Part shown: positions 10,250-19,805 of the stretch, piece by piece
Numbering within the stretch: the first letter of the stretch is position 1
Layout: each line of letters begins with the position of its first letter
IMG/VR virus record: IMGVR_UViG_3300028920_000035
Span: 32,001-96,000 of that record
Length of the DNA stretch: 64,000 bases
Direction: 5' to 3' (one strand)
Origin: a virus
Made by a program: the position numbers and the translations under genes
Notes under the pieces: generated by a model
What the model was told of the DNA's origin: nothing
Databases searched by the model: none
The model's input: only the letters and a program-made list of their open reading frames with translations

Positions 10250-10821
10250 TGCCCTACGCTCCTCCCCAAGTTACAGCCACACTGATTCCGCCGCTCTTGG
10301 CTTCGGCCATGATCGGGCCGGGGATGCCTAAGCTTGCTTTGGGTATTGCTACGGGGCTCGCCATTTGGGTACCCAAGATCAAGATCACTACCGTCGATGC
10401 TGGGACCGCGGGGGTGGGTGAAGGCGCCCCTGTCCCCATCCTTGTCCCTCAGCAGCTGCTCTACGCGAACATTCTGCTCGGGATGCGCTTCCAGAAGATT
10501 TTGGGCCCCCTAGCCCCAGTGTACGCCGTGGGGCTGTCCACCGGGTTGAGTCTGGCGTTCCTTCAGATGCTCACTTCGACTCAGCATCCCACCGTGGGTA
10601 CGGGCGCGGCGGTGGCCAAATTCGGGGCGCCCCCAGCGGCTCTGGACTTGCGCAAGGGATTTTCGGTTGTTGGTCTAGTTGGGGATGGAGTCAACAAGAA
10701 ATCCAAGGCTTTGGGTCAGGCGCTGGACCGCACTTTCAGTAGTCTTGTTTTGCCCGTGCCTATCGTAGGCCCACCATCACCGTCACCTAGTTCCGGCTCT
10801 GGGTTCGGGTCAATCATATGA
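10249..10821 (+). CDS. Small hydrophobic three-repeat protein, candidate spike tip (190 aa)
   Basis: ATG 10249 overlaps the spike stop (TAATG). Three ~60-aa internal repeats. Occupies the position where PAAR genes usually lie. Confidence 0.55.
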   Translation: MPYAPPQVTATLIPPLLASAMIGPGMPKLALGIATGLAIWVPKIKITTVDAGTAGVGEGAPVPILVPQQLLYANILLGMRFQKILGPLAPVYAVGLSTGLSLAFLQMLTSTQHPTVGTGAAVAKFGAPPAALDLRKGFSVVGLVGDGVNKKSKALGQALDRTFSSLVLPVPIVGPPSPSPSSGSGFGSII

Positions 10822-10834
10822 AGGATCGGATCGA

Positions 10835-13800
10835 ATGGGATTGCAGTTTGGCGGTTACGTTCTGGAGGCGCCCCGAGTAGGCCAACGGAATGCGGCTTTT
10901 ACTTGGACTCCAGACAACTACATCGCCGATCAGTCGGCTTTCGACGTTGCCTACCCGCAAGATCAGTCAGTGCCGCGCACTGACTACCTTGTGGTGGTGC
11001 TCCAGGATGGGGATCTGACCGATGCCGTGTTTGGGTGGACCAAGAACGAGGAGCTGTCGAGGTTCGACTACCAGGGCCAGCAGGGGGCCTTCCTGCCGCT
11101 TCCTGGTGGGCCCCCGGATGAGGTGGGGGTCCTCACCACAGACGCCAACACGACCCGCCTGAGCGTCCTGGCGCCCCAATTAAGCGATCTTGGGAGCTAT
11201 CCCGTGCGGATGGGTCTCGGGGCTTTGCCGGGGACCACCTTCACAGTGGCGCTCGTTTTGAATGATTCCCTGCTTAACAACCCCAGCCCCGCGATGGGGA
11301 CTGTCCAGATCTCGCAAGAATCGGGCGCACTTGGCTGGGCCCCCTCTGACCTGCTGACTTACGCAGGTCTCGACGTTTGGTTCCAACGCCAAACTTTCTT
11401 TAAGTTTGACGACCAGATGACCTTAGGAGAGATCGAGGAAGCTCTGGTTTTGAACCCGTTGCCTGCCACGGGTCAACATCCTCAAATCCGCATTGGCTTC
11501 CAGCCTTACCTGACAGCGGTAGAGGTCACTTCGTTTGGATCGCCCACCAGCGGAACGGTCGAGTGGGACCGCAACACAGGACAGTTGAACTTCAACACCA
11601 GTGACATCACGTCCAACCCAGGGGCCCCAGTCTACTACGACGGAGTTCTTTTAGCGGTTGACCTCACCGTCCAAATCTCGAACCACGGCACGGTGGGTTC
11701 CCCCGGGTCGGTTAGCCTCCCGCTGCCCCCCTATGCCAGCGATGTCTATTTCCGGGCAGTGGGGGTCCTCTCGACTCAGTTCTCCGAGACCGTTCGGAGC
11801 GACACAGCGGTGACTCCCAAGCGGGGCCAGGTCGTTTTGCTCGACAGTGGGGCTCTTTCCACATCCTCTGTTGACCAGTCGGTCTACGGATCTTCAACCC
11901 TTCAGATGGTCGTCCCCGACCTCACCGTCGAACGGGGGTTGAAGCTGCGACTCTTCCGCTCCCCGGGAGACCCAGGGGCCACCGACCCTTCTATCAAGGA
12001 CGTGTCGTCACTCTATTTCACGGAGAACGCCGTTCTGGCTGACCCGATCATTGCGTCCCCCCAGGTCGTTCTGCCGCAGACGCCCTTGGATAACATCAGC
12101 CTGGAGGTCAAGCTCTTTACCGAGTCGGGGGAGCAGGCGTTGGACCGTCTTGACGTGTTACCCCTTCCAGGTGGGTCGGAGGTTCTCGGCTACGTTCTCG
12201 ATTTCGAGGAACAGGCGTTGCTCTACGCACGGCTTCGGCGTGACGTGGAAGTTGACCCGGGGCAGACGTATACGATGGCCCAGCTCCCTGACGCTTTGAT
12301 TCGCCCACAGAATCTGTCCCTAGAATTGCAGGCAATTCCAGGGGGGTCCTACGTGGCGCTGGCTGAGGGGTCTGATTTCATCCTCGACTATTTGAGCGGC
12401 GTGGTGACTCTCACCCAGTCGTCGAGCGAGCTGGTTTCCAAGGGGACAGGTGCCACCTTGACGGGCACCACGCTCGTGGATCCCGATGGTACGCTTGTAG
12501 CCGATGGGGTTCAGCAAGGTGATGTCCTGTTGGTCCGATCGGGTGCGGCGGTAGGGGTTTACACGATCGACACCGTGGGTAGTGACCTTCTTGCCAACCT
12601 GGTCGAAACCGTTACCAACCCGGCTTCCAGTGTTGCCTACAAGATCTGGCGCGGATCCGAGACTTTGGTTGATCGGTATTGGCGCGAGATTCCGCCTGTG
12701 GACCCCAACACCAAGGTTGAGCGCTTGGTGAGCTTGGGATCCACACAAAACTCTCCTCGCCTGAGCATCCCTTTAGGGTTCATCAACCGTACGCGTTTTC
12801 GGTTCGGAACCGACCGATGGGCAACGCACGTTCTTCTGGTCTCGACCTTCTCACCCCCTGCGTCCTTACAACAGGGAAGAGTCGAGATCCTCGAAACTAC
12901 GGGAGAGCTGAACTTCTCGTCCCAAGACCTGGGGGAGACGGTGTTCTGGTCTCGGGAGTTGGTGCTCGGCACCGACTACAGCCTTCAACCCCCACTGGGG
13001 TTCATCGAGTTCTCTGAGCGTTTCTTGGAGAGCGAAGAGGCTTTTCTGACTTACGGGTACGTTGGGGAAGACGACTCAGTCACCATCATCGAAGAGCGAG
13101 CGGCATTCCTCGTTCGCAAGGAGATCTGCACCCACACGGGCTCTGACCGGGTGACCTTCAACCCCTTGGGTCGAGAGCTGGCAGAGGCGCCTACGGTCGA
13201 GGTTTTCCGTGGGGGCCGCCCTCAGCAAGTTGGAATACAGGTCGAAGTTGATCTGGATTCCTCGACCATCATCTTCCAGCCCGATAGTCAGGTGACCGAT
13301 GCTTTGCCCCATGGCAACGTTCTGGAGCCCGACGAGAACGTCTACATCGACTACTACATTCATCAGGCCATCGGCGGGGAGCGGGACGTCACTGTTATCC
13401 AACGACCCATGGCAGGGGTGACCATCGTCATTGACGATGAGGCCACCGAATTTACCCTTCAAGGTGACCGGACTTCCGACTTTCAGGCAGACCACTTGCT
13501 CCAGGTGGACGGGTCTCAGGTCTACATGATTGGTACTGTCACCTATGACAGTGGCGACGGCGTTACCACCGTCACTCTGGCAGGTGGGGCTTTCCGCGAC
13601 GACTTCCTCAACCCCCCACTAGTCACGACTTCTGGCCCTACGTCCTTGTCGTCGAGCCCCGGAAACCCCACCTACTTTATCGCCGAAGTGGCAGCCTTCA
13701 CGACTACGCCGAGGGGCTCGAACTTGGTCCGACTTGTAGGGGACCGGGCCTCCAGCTACGAGCAGGGGACCGTCATCCACTTCACGGGCGCAGGCGCCTA

Positions 13801-16690
13801 TGACTATTTGCTCGTCGAGGCTGCGGTTTACGACCCTGAAATGGATTGGACCGAGCTGACTCTCGCCAGCAACGGGTACCAACAGTACGAGCCGGGAACC
13901 CATACCCTGTTGCGCACGGTACGACCTGTGCTCCCGACGCCCACGGGCTCGGCCACCACCAATCTGACGCCTCTGCTTGCCGATCCGAGCCCCGACGATC
14001 CTGTGCTCCCCGAGCCCCCGGTGACGGTTTATCGCAAAATCCCTGGCCAGGTGGGGGAGGTTCTGACCGCTCCCGAGCAGTACGCCATCGACGATGCTGG
14101 TACGGTGACCCTAGTGGACCCCCTTGCCGTAGGGGAGTCAATCGAGCTGCTCTATGTGGGGATTCAAACCGTAGAAGCTGGTCGTAAGTTGCGAGCCACC
14201 TACGTCCACGGGCTGGTGCCTACCGAGACGAATGGGCTGCTCGACCAGACCCTCAAGATGACCTACCAAGCGTACCTCCCTGACACGTTCTATTGGAGGG
14301 TTGATGTGATGGACGCTTTCAGGGCGGAGTTACGGGACCAATACAGCAGCGACGCCACGGGGTCCTTGCCCACGGCGGGTCCTGTCTTGGAGAACTCTTC
14401 AGAACCACGCTTGTACGAGCAAGGGCGGGAATCGGTTTACTTCACCGAACGTCGGCTTTCGAATGAGGACATCGTATCGCGAGGCACTCTCGTGGCCTAC
14501 AACGACGCGATCAACCTCGTCGAGGATGCCCTCCAACACGCGGATGGTCGGGTCGTGGGCGACCATGATGGACGCTTCTTGTTCGATGGGTCTTTGGTCA
14601 ACCCGCCCCGGGCATCGTTTGCCGCTGCTACCAATCAGATCGACGACTTGATCCAGCTCATCCCGAGCGTCCCAGCCTTCCTGCGCGCGGCGGCTTTCGT
14701 GCGCGCGGCGTACAAGGCCGCTCCTACGAGCCGGTTCTTTCCCACCCAACGCAACCTGTTTGCTGAAGCTGCGGTCAGCTCTCCTGAGATCGGGGACCCT
14801 ATTGCCGACATCGGCTATGAGAACCTCACAGGGGTGGGGTCCGTCAGCGACCGCTTGGCGTGGGGGGTGGTGACTGAGCTTGCCCCCATTGGCCAATTCT
14901 ACGTCTACGTTGACGAAACCGGCGGTTTAGCTGACCTTTTGAGACCCTCCTTTTCCGTGGGCGACCGAGTGGCTGTCATCAGTCAGAGTGGCTCGACCAT
15001 CGTTTCGGACGCCTCTCCCTTGGTGGTGACAGGTGTTCCCAGTTCAACTCGCTTGAACCTTAGTGCCCCCCTCACTTCTGAGGTTCCGGTGGGAGCCACG
15101 GTGCGACATGCCATCGGCGACTTCACATCCGGGGGCGGGAACGTCCAGCCGCAACAGTATCCTGTAGGCATCAGCGTTGCGCTCAACTTGGAGCTGGGGA
15201 TGCTGACCTACTTCGAGCTGTTGGCAAGTTTCTTCTCGTCAACGCCCCCCTCCCCTCAAGACGGGGACCCTCTGGACTTTACAGGGGTTGGGGTTCCAGT
15301 TCCCTACACAGCGCCCGAGCGATTCCCAGCGCTCGATGGGGCCACGACCGATGATGACGGGAACCGCGGATTCCCTATCCTCACTCCCCAGATCGAGAGT
15401 GAAGAGGGGCGGGGCCTTGGACACCTGTCTATTGAATATGCCCTGCTTGCGGACATTCTGTCTCACGCTACAGAGGTCTACGATTCGCAGGGGGGCTTGA
15501 ACGGTACGGGCACGGTCTTGACCAACCTCAATGGGAACTGGCCCAACCCTCAACCGGCAATTGGGGACCTCGTGCGAACCCTCAATGGGGTCAATGGGTT
15601 ATCGACTTTCCGGCGCATTCAGGCGGTAGGTGCTTCGACCGTGACCCTGATCGACACCCTTGCCTTTGACACGGGGTTCGATTTCCAGCTTGTGCGGGGG
15701 TCCACCATTGCTATGGGGTCCGGAACCGTCAGCGGCACTATCTTGACCGATGTCACTGCGGCATTCCAGACCAACGTACGCGTGGGGCACACCGTCGTGG
15801 TCTACCAGTCGGCGTCTAGTACCCGGCGGCGGCAAGTAGTCGCGGTTCTTTCTCAGACCCAGTTGCAGCTGAGCGCCTCAACGTTCAGTGGGGTCGTTAC
15901 CTACCGGGTCACCAATGCCATCTCGACCTACGGAGGTGCTGCGGGTTCTGAGACAGACCGTTTGGCCGAGGCACTTGACGGCCAACTGCGAGTGCTCCGA
16001 GACAACTCTTCTCCCAAGGCCCAGCAACCCGCTTTGGAAGGTTTTTTTGACGCTGTGTTTACAGATGTGGTGCCTACGGGGGGTTCGGCAACGGTTGCCG
16101 GGACTGACGAGTTGTCGGACCCCACCCGCAACTTCCCTGCGTTGGGAGTCGAAGGGGGGCACTTCGTCTTCATCCGCAGTGGCAGCGTGGCGGGGACCTA
16201 CCAGATCCTGGAGATCCTGGACCCCAACACCCTGAGGGTTGATCGCAGCTTTCCCACGGGCGCCACGGGGGTTACCTACTCGATTCGCGAAACCACCTTG
16301 GTTACCTTGGCGAGCCTGCAATCTATCCATGAGGTGCTTTTGCGAGTGGATGCCGCCATCTCGAGTGTCGGGGTCTTCAGGTCTTTGGTTATGACAACGG
16401 TGACTGTAGCAGGGGATTCCAATGCCTTTGCCCTGGCTTGGAGGGGAACCGACCTGGTGGCACGGCAAGGTGTGGTTTCCGTTCGTTTGAATGAGGTAGT
16501 GTCGGACGTTTCGACGCTGGAAGGAGCCCTCAGCTCAGGGGACCGACTTTATGATCGGAGGTATACATGGATCGACGCGAGGATCAACCTGGAGACGGGG
16601 ATCATCGTCCGACAGGAACGAGCGGTAGAGAAGCGGGAGAAGACCCTGGAAGAGGCAAAGAGTCAGATCATCAAGCTGGTGACGACGTAA
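10835..16690 (+). CDS. Very large baseplate/structural protein (1951 aa)
   Basis: SD AAGGA upstream. Beta-rich, with repeated GxDY/F..DY..G..(T/E)(L/F) modules and G-D-x-L...G.Y.I..V modules. Helical C-terminus. Inside the baseplate operon. Confidence 0.7.
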   Translation: MGLQFGGYVLEAPRVGQRNAAFTWTPDNYIADQSAFDVAYPQDQSVPRTDYLVVVLQDGDLTDAVFGWTKNEELSRFDYQGQQGAFLPLPGGPPDEVGVLTTDANTTRLSVLAPQLSDLGSYPVRMGLGALPGTTFTVALVLNDSLLNNPSPAMGTVQISQESGALGWAPSDLLTYAGLDVWFQRQTFFKFDDQMTLGEIEEALVLNPLPATGQHPQIRIGFQPYLTAVEVTSFGSPTSGTVEWDRNTGQLNFNTSDITSNPGAPVYYDGVLLAVDLTVQISNHGTVGSPGSVSLPLPPYASDVYFRAVGVLSTQFSETVRSDTAVTPKRGQVVLLDSGALSTSSVDQSVYGSSTLQMVVPDLTVERGLKLRLFRSPGDPGATDPSIKDVSSLYFTENAVLADPIIASPQVVLPQTPLDNISLEVKLFTESGEQALDRLDVLPLPGGSEVLGYVLDFEEQALLYARLRRDVEVDPGQTYTMAQLPDALIRPQNLSLELQAIPGGSYVALAEGSDFILDYLSGVVTLTQSSSELVSKGTGATLTGTTLVDPDGTLVADGVQQGDVLLVRSGAAVGVYTIDTVGSDLLANLVETVTNPASSVAYKIWRGSETLVDRYWREIPPVDPNTKVERLVSLGSTQNSPRLSIPLGFINRTRFRFGTDRWATHVLLVSTFSPPASLQQGRVEILETTGELNFSSQDLGETVFWSRELVLGTDYSLQPPLGFIEFSERFLESEEAFLTYGYVGEDDSVTIIEERAAFLVRKEICTHTGSDRVTFNPLGRELAEAPTVEVFRGGRPQQVGIQVEVDLDSSTIIFQPDSQVTDALPHGNVLEPDENVYIDYYIHQAIGGERDVTVIQRPMAGVTIVIDDEATEFTLQGDRTSDFQADHLLQVDGSQVYMIGTVTYDSGDGVTTVTLAGGAFRDDFLNPPLVTTSGPTSLSSSPGNPTYFIAEVAAFTTTPRGSNLVRLVGDRASSYEQGTVIHFTGAGAYDYLLVEAAVYDPEMDWTELTLASNGYQQYEPGTHTLLRTVRPVLPTPTGSATTNLTPLLADPSPDDPVLPEPPVTVYRKIPGQVGEVLTAPEQYAIDDAGTVTLVDPLAVGESIELLYVGIQTVEAGRKLRATYVHGLVPTETNGLLDQTLKMTYQAYLPDTFYWRVDVMDAFRAELRDQYSSDATGSLPTAGPVLENSSEPRLYEQGRESVYFTERRLSNEDIVSRGTLVAYNDAINLVEDALQHADGRVVGDHDGRFLFDGSLVNPPRASFAAATNQIDDLIQLIPSVPAFLRAAAFVRAAYKAAPTSRFFPTQRNLFAEAAVSSPEIGDPIADIGYENLTGVGSVSDRLAWGVVTELAPIGQFYVYVDETGGLADLLRPSFSVGDRVAVISQSGSTIVSDASPLVVTGVPSSTRLNLSAPLTSEVPVGATVRHAIGDFTSGGGNVQPQQYPVGISVALNLELGMLTYFELLASFFSSTPPSPQDGDPLDFTGVGVPVPYTAPERFPALDGATTDDDGNRGFPILTPQIESEEGRGLGHLSIEYALLADILSHATEVYDSQGGLNGTGTVLTNLNGNWPNPQPAIGDLVRTLNGVNGLSTFRRIQAVGASTVTLIDTLAFDTGFDFQLVRGSTIAMGSGTVSGTILTDVTAAFQTNVRVGHTVVVYQSASSTRRRQVVAVLSQTQLQLSASTFSGVVTYRVTNAISTYGGAAGSETDRLAEALDGQLRVLRDNSSPKAQQPALEGFFDAVFTDVVPTGGSATVAGTDELSDPTRNFPALGVEGGHFVFIRSGSVAGTYQILEILDPNTLRVDRSFPTGATGVTYSIRETTLVTLASLQSIHEVLLRVDAAISSVGVFRSLVMTTVTVAGDSNAFALAWRGTDLVARQGVVSVRLNEVVSDVSTLEGALSSGDRLYDRRYTWIDARINLETGIIVRQERAVEKREKTLEEAKSQIIKLVTT

Positions 16691-16833
16691 AGGAACGACC
16701 ACAGTGGGAGTATCGCGAGCGCTTCAAGGTTCAGGATCGGATGGGGGACGTCGTCCGCAAAACCATCGACGCCTCGAAGCACGAGCTGGATCGCCTGCGC
16801 AAGAGATTGCGGAAGATGCAGTATGGGAGCTGA
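16567..16833 (+). CDS. Small coiled-coil protein overlapping the end of the 1951-aa gene
   Basis: Fills the 16691-16836 gap. GGAGGT at 16557-16562 precedes ATG 16567. Alternative start is ATG 16741. Confidence 0.45.
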   Translation: MDRREDQPGDGDHRPTGTSGREAGEDPGRGKESDHQAGDDVKERPQWEYRERFKVQDRMGDVVRKTIDASKHELDRLRKRLRKMQYGS

Positions 16834-16836
16834 CTC

Positions 16837-19029
16837 TTGGCTGATTGGAAAGCACTTGAGCTGAAGGCCCCGGGCAAAGACCTCCTGAAGCCCGTCCGTT
16901 CGATCCTGGAGGTTCTACTCATTTTCCTCGACGTGTTGAGGACTATCCTCAACACCGTCAAGGTGCTTCTGATCGACTTCGGCAACCCTATCCGGGCGTT
17001 GGTCGAAGCGCTCATCAAGCTCATCGAGGAGCTGATTGCTTCTCTGCAAACGACAGGGGTCTTTGCCTACTACGACATCCCCAACCCTTTAGAAGACCCC
17101 AACTTCGATCGCTACCATGGGGGGTTCCCCCACTTCCTTGGCAAGTGGAAGGGTTCCTTGATGGACCAGCAGGACCCTAATCGGCCGCAGCCACGGGGGT
17201 CGAGCACGCAGAGCGGGTTCATCATCATCGCGGTCGATGCCCACGACCCCTTCACCCTGCTGGAGCGCATCAGCCAACTCTTGCGCTTCTTCTCGAAGGA
17301 GCTGACCAAGCCACGGTATGCGGCTCCTGCGGGCTTTCGGGCTTTCCCTGTGGGTGCTGAGGAAGAAGACCCCATCACGGCGTTGGCCGACGTGTTCGGC
17401 AACAGCCCCATCAGCGCTATCGAGTTGAAGTGGGAGCTGCCCACGACCAAGGAAGTGCCCGACCCAGGCTTCACGGATCTTGTGAGCCGCGTGGGTGCCG
17501 ACTTCATCCCGCCCAAGTGGTTGGTCGAACGTGCCGAAACACCTCTCAGCGCCGAACTGGACGTGTCGGGGAGCCAGCCCAACCAGGTTGACCTGACCAC
17601 CCTCAACGCTACGAGCAACGCCGGAAAGTGTGTCTTCACAGTCGATAGTGGGTACAGCTTGCCAGGTGAGTTAAATGAATCCGCTCTCATCAAGCAGCAG
17701 CTGCTTGATGAGACGGGCGAGCAGGTCCTCAAGTTCGACAAGGTGGAGGTTCTGGAACGGGACAGCCTCGAAGGCTTGCTTGGGCAACTGGGGACGTTCC
17801 GGTACATTGACCGCGACATCGAGTTGGACAAGACCTACTTCTACCGCCTCCGCGCCTTCACGGGGCCCTTGAAGGTCGAGGATGGTGCTATTCAGTGGCG
17901 GCAAGCGGCCGTCGTCCTGGGTCAGGATACCCGGCTGCCAACGGTGCGCTGGCCCGCAGAGGACCCGACCAAGGCCGTGATCATGGGCGATCCTTCGCAA
18001 ATCGTCTCGGTCATCGTCCCTGACGTAGGTGACTTCGATGTTTTGGAGCACCTGAAGCGCATCTATCAGGCGGCGTTCTCACATGACTTCCATCTGCCCT
18101 TGCCAGATGACGCTGAGTTCGACAAGAACGGGGAGCCTGTTTCGGGCACCGACCCCGACGCCGTGGGCAAAGGCTCGTTACGCAATCGAGCGGGGGTCCT
18201 GGGTGCTTTCCGGTCGATTGGGCTCCTTGAGCAGTACCTTCAGGCTCAGGGCCCCGACTCCACCATCACGACTCTTTCCGAGCCCAAGATGCCGTGGGAG
18301 CTGTCAAAGGTACGGCGTGCGGCGGCGCGTTTGGCCAACGTCGTAGCTCAGGCAATGCTGGGCGGGACGAGTGCTTCGGTCGAGCAGTTCCGAACGCTCA
18401 TGACGGGCTCGTTCCCCAAGCAGCCTCCTCCGTTGCAGGGATCGGGGGACCCCTTCGACGACCTTTCGACGATGGTGTTCGAGCTGACGGGTATTGACGA
18501 CGACGGTGTGGCTACTTCAGCCGCACGGTCCCTTTATGCCTACAGCTATAACTACACGCGAACGCGCATCAATCTGCTCTACGTCGTGGACTACCTCAAC
18601 GGGTTCGCCTTACAAGGGGAGCCCCCAAACTGGATCTCAGTGCAGCCTTTGCGGGACATCATCCCGTGGTCGGCGCAGTTCCTGTATGACCTGCTTGACA
18701 AGATCGAGGCCCTGCTAGCGGCCTACTCCGGTCTGATGAAGGAGATTGAGAATTTCATTGATTTGCTGATTCGCAAGATCGAGACCCTGGAGCGATTTAT
18801 TCAATTCCTGCTCGATATTCTCAACTTGATCGAGTCTCTTCAGATCGGAGCCTACCTGCTGTCCGCGCCTGAAGCGGGCGGCACCGTCTATGATTGGTGG
18901 GAGGTCGTGGACAACGCGGGTGGAATACAGCCTTCTACCGGACCCGGCGGCTACTCGGCGGGCGTGTCGTTTGCCTGGGTGGCTACCGACATTGGAGCCT
19001 TTGTCACCGCCTTTAAGCAGATCTTCTGA
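16837..19029 (+). CDS. Baseplate-associated protein with terminal amphipathic helices and a central FN3-like domain
   Basis: TTG start after GGGAG. IELKWELP...YIDRDIELDKTYFYRLRAF is FN3-like. The N- and C-terminal helical segments resemble each other. Confidence 0.6.
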   Translation: MADWKALELKAPGKDLLKPVRSILEVLLIFLDVLRTILNTVKVLLIDFGNPIRALVEALIKLIEELIASLQTTGVFAYYDIPNPLEDPNFDRYHGGFPHFLGKWKGSLMDQQDPNRPQPRGSSTQSGFIIIAVDAHDPFTLLERISQLLRFFSKELTKPRYAAPAGFRAFPVGAEEEDPITALADVFGNSPISAIELKWELPTTKEVPDPGFTDLVSRVGADFIPPKWLVERAETPLSAELDVSGSQPNQVDLTTLNATSNAGKCVFTVDSGYSLPGELNESALIKQQLLDETGEQVLKFDKVEVLERDSLEGLLGQLGTFRYIDRDIELDKTYFYRLRAFTGPLKVEDGAIQWRQAAVVLGQDTRLPTVRWPAEDPTKAVIMGDPSQIVSVIVPDVGDFDVLEHLKRIYQAAFSHDFHLPLPDDAEFDKNGEPVSGTDPDAVGKGSLRNRAGVLGAFRSIGLLEQYLQAQGPDSTITTLSEPKMPWELSKVRRAAARLANVVAQAMLGGTSASVEQFRTLMTGSFPKQPPPLQGSGDPFDDLSTMVFELTGIDDDGVATSAARSLYAYSYNYTRTRINLLYVVDYLNGFALQGEPPNWISVQPLRDIIPWSAQFLYDLLDKIEALLAAYSGLMKEIENFIDLLIRKIETLERFIQFLLDILNLIESLQIGAYLLSAPEAGGTVYDWWEVVDNAGGIQPSTGPGGYSAGVSFAWVATDIGAFVTAFKQIF

Positions 19030-19805
19030 TGGCAACGTTCAACTTCCTCGGCACCTTCAACAGAGCACAGTTTGGTCGCCTGGTGGCATTCGTGCGACCC
19101 CAGATGTCGCAGATCGACCGTCGTCTCCAACACCTCAATGCCGAGTTGAATCGAGTAGGACGGGTCGAGTTCCAGTACGACCCCGAGACCAAGGAACCCA
19201 CCGCCTACGTTGCTGAGCCCGAGGGGTCATATCTGTACCGCTTGGTGGCCTGCTACGAGGTGCTTGGTGGCAACCCTTTCATCGATCTGCGCACCCGCAG
19301 CACGGCGCAGGCGGTTTTCATCCGCAAGGGTGACGAGACCGTGAGCCCCACGACCTTGAGCAATGGTGAGGCCCTGCCCGGGAAGGGCCTCAGTGATGGT
19401 CCTAGCGGGGAACTCGTTCGACGCATGAAGGAATGGACCGAGGTCATTTTGGAACGTCGTTTTGGGCGTCTGGAACGTCGTATCCGGCGGACTCTCGACT
19501 ATGCGGATCAGCTTGAAGCAGAGATTGCTCTGTTGGAGACGGCGAGGTCGAGCCCGACGCGCGGATTCGAGAAGACTGTGCAGGATCTCGAACAGCTTCT
19601 CAACGACCCCAACTACCGCGCGATTACGCCCGACAGTGACCCCTTCGGCTTTCTGACCTACGCTCCCTATTCCTCCTATGATGTGGCTCAATCGTCCACT
19701 GACGACGGTCAACCGATTGACCCCAACCAGCTCGTGGAGCGGGAAGCCACCGTCCCTCAGCGCCAGGATGGCGTGATCATCAAACCCGGCCAGAAATCGA
19801 CGTGA
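19029..19805 (+). CDS. Hypothetical virion protein (helical)
   Basis: Coupled at both ends (TGATG and GTGA). Contains coiled-coil segments. Confidence 0.6.
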   Translation: MATFNFLGTFNRAQFGRLVAFVRPQMSQIDRRLQHLNAELNRVGRVEFQYDPETKEPTAYVAEPEGSYLYRLVACYEVLGGNPFIDLRTRSTAQAVFIRKGDETVSPTTLSNGEALPGKGLSDGPSGELVRRMKEWTEVILERRFGRLERRIRRTLDYADQLEAEIALLETARSSPTRGFEKTVQDLEQLLNDPNYRAITPDSDPFGFLTYAPYSSYDVAQSSTDDGQPIDPNQLVEREATVPQRQDGVIIKPGQKST

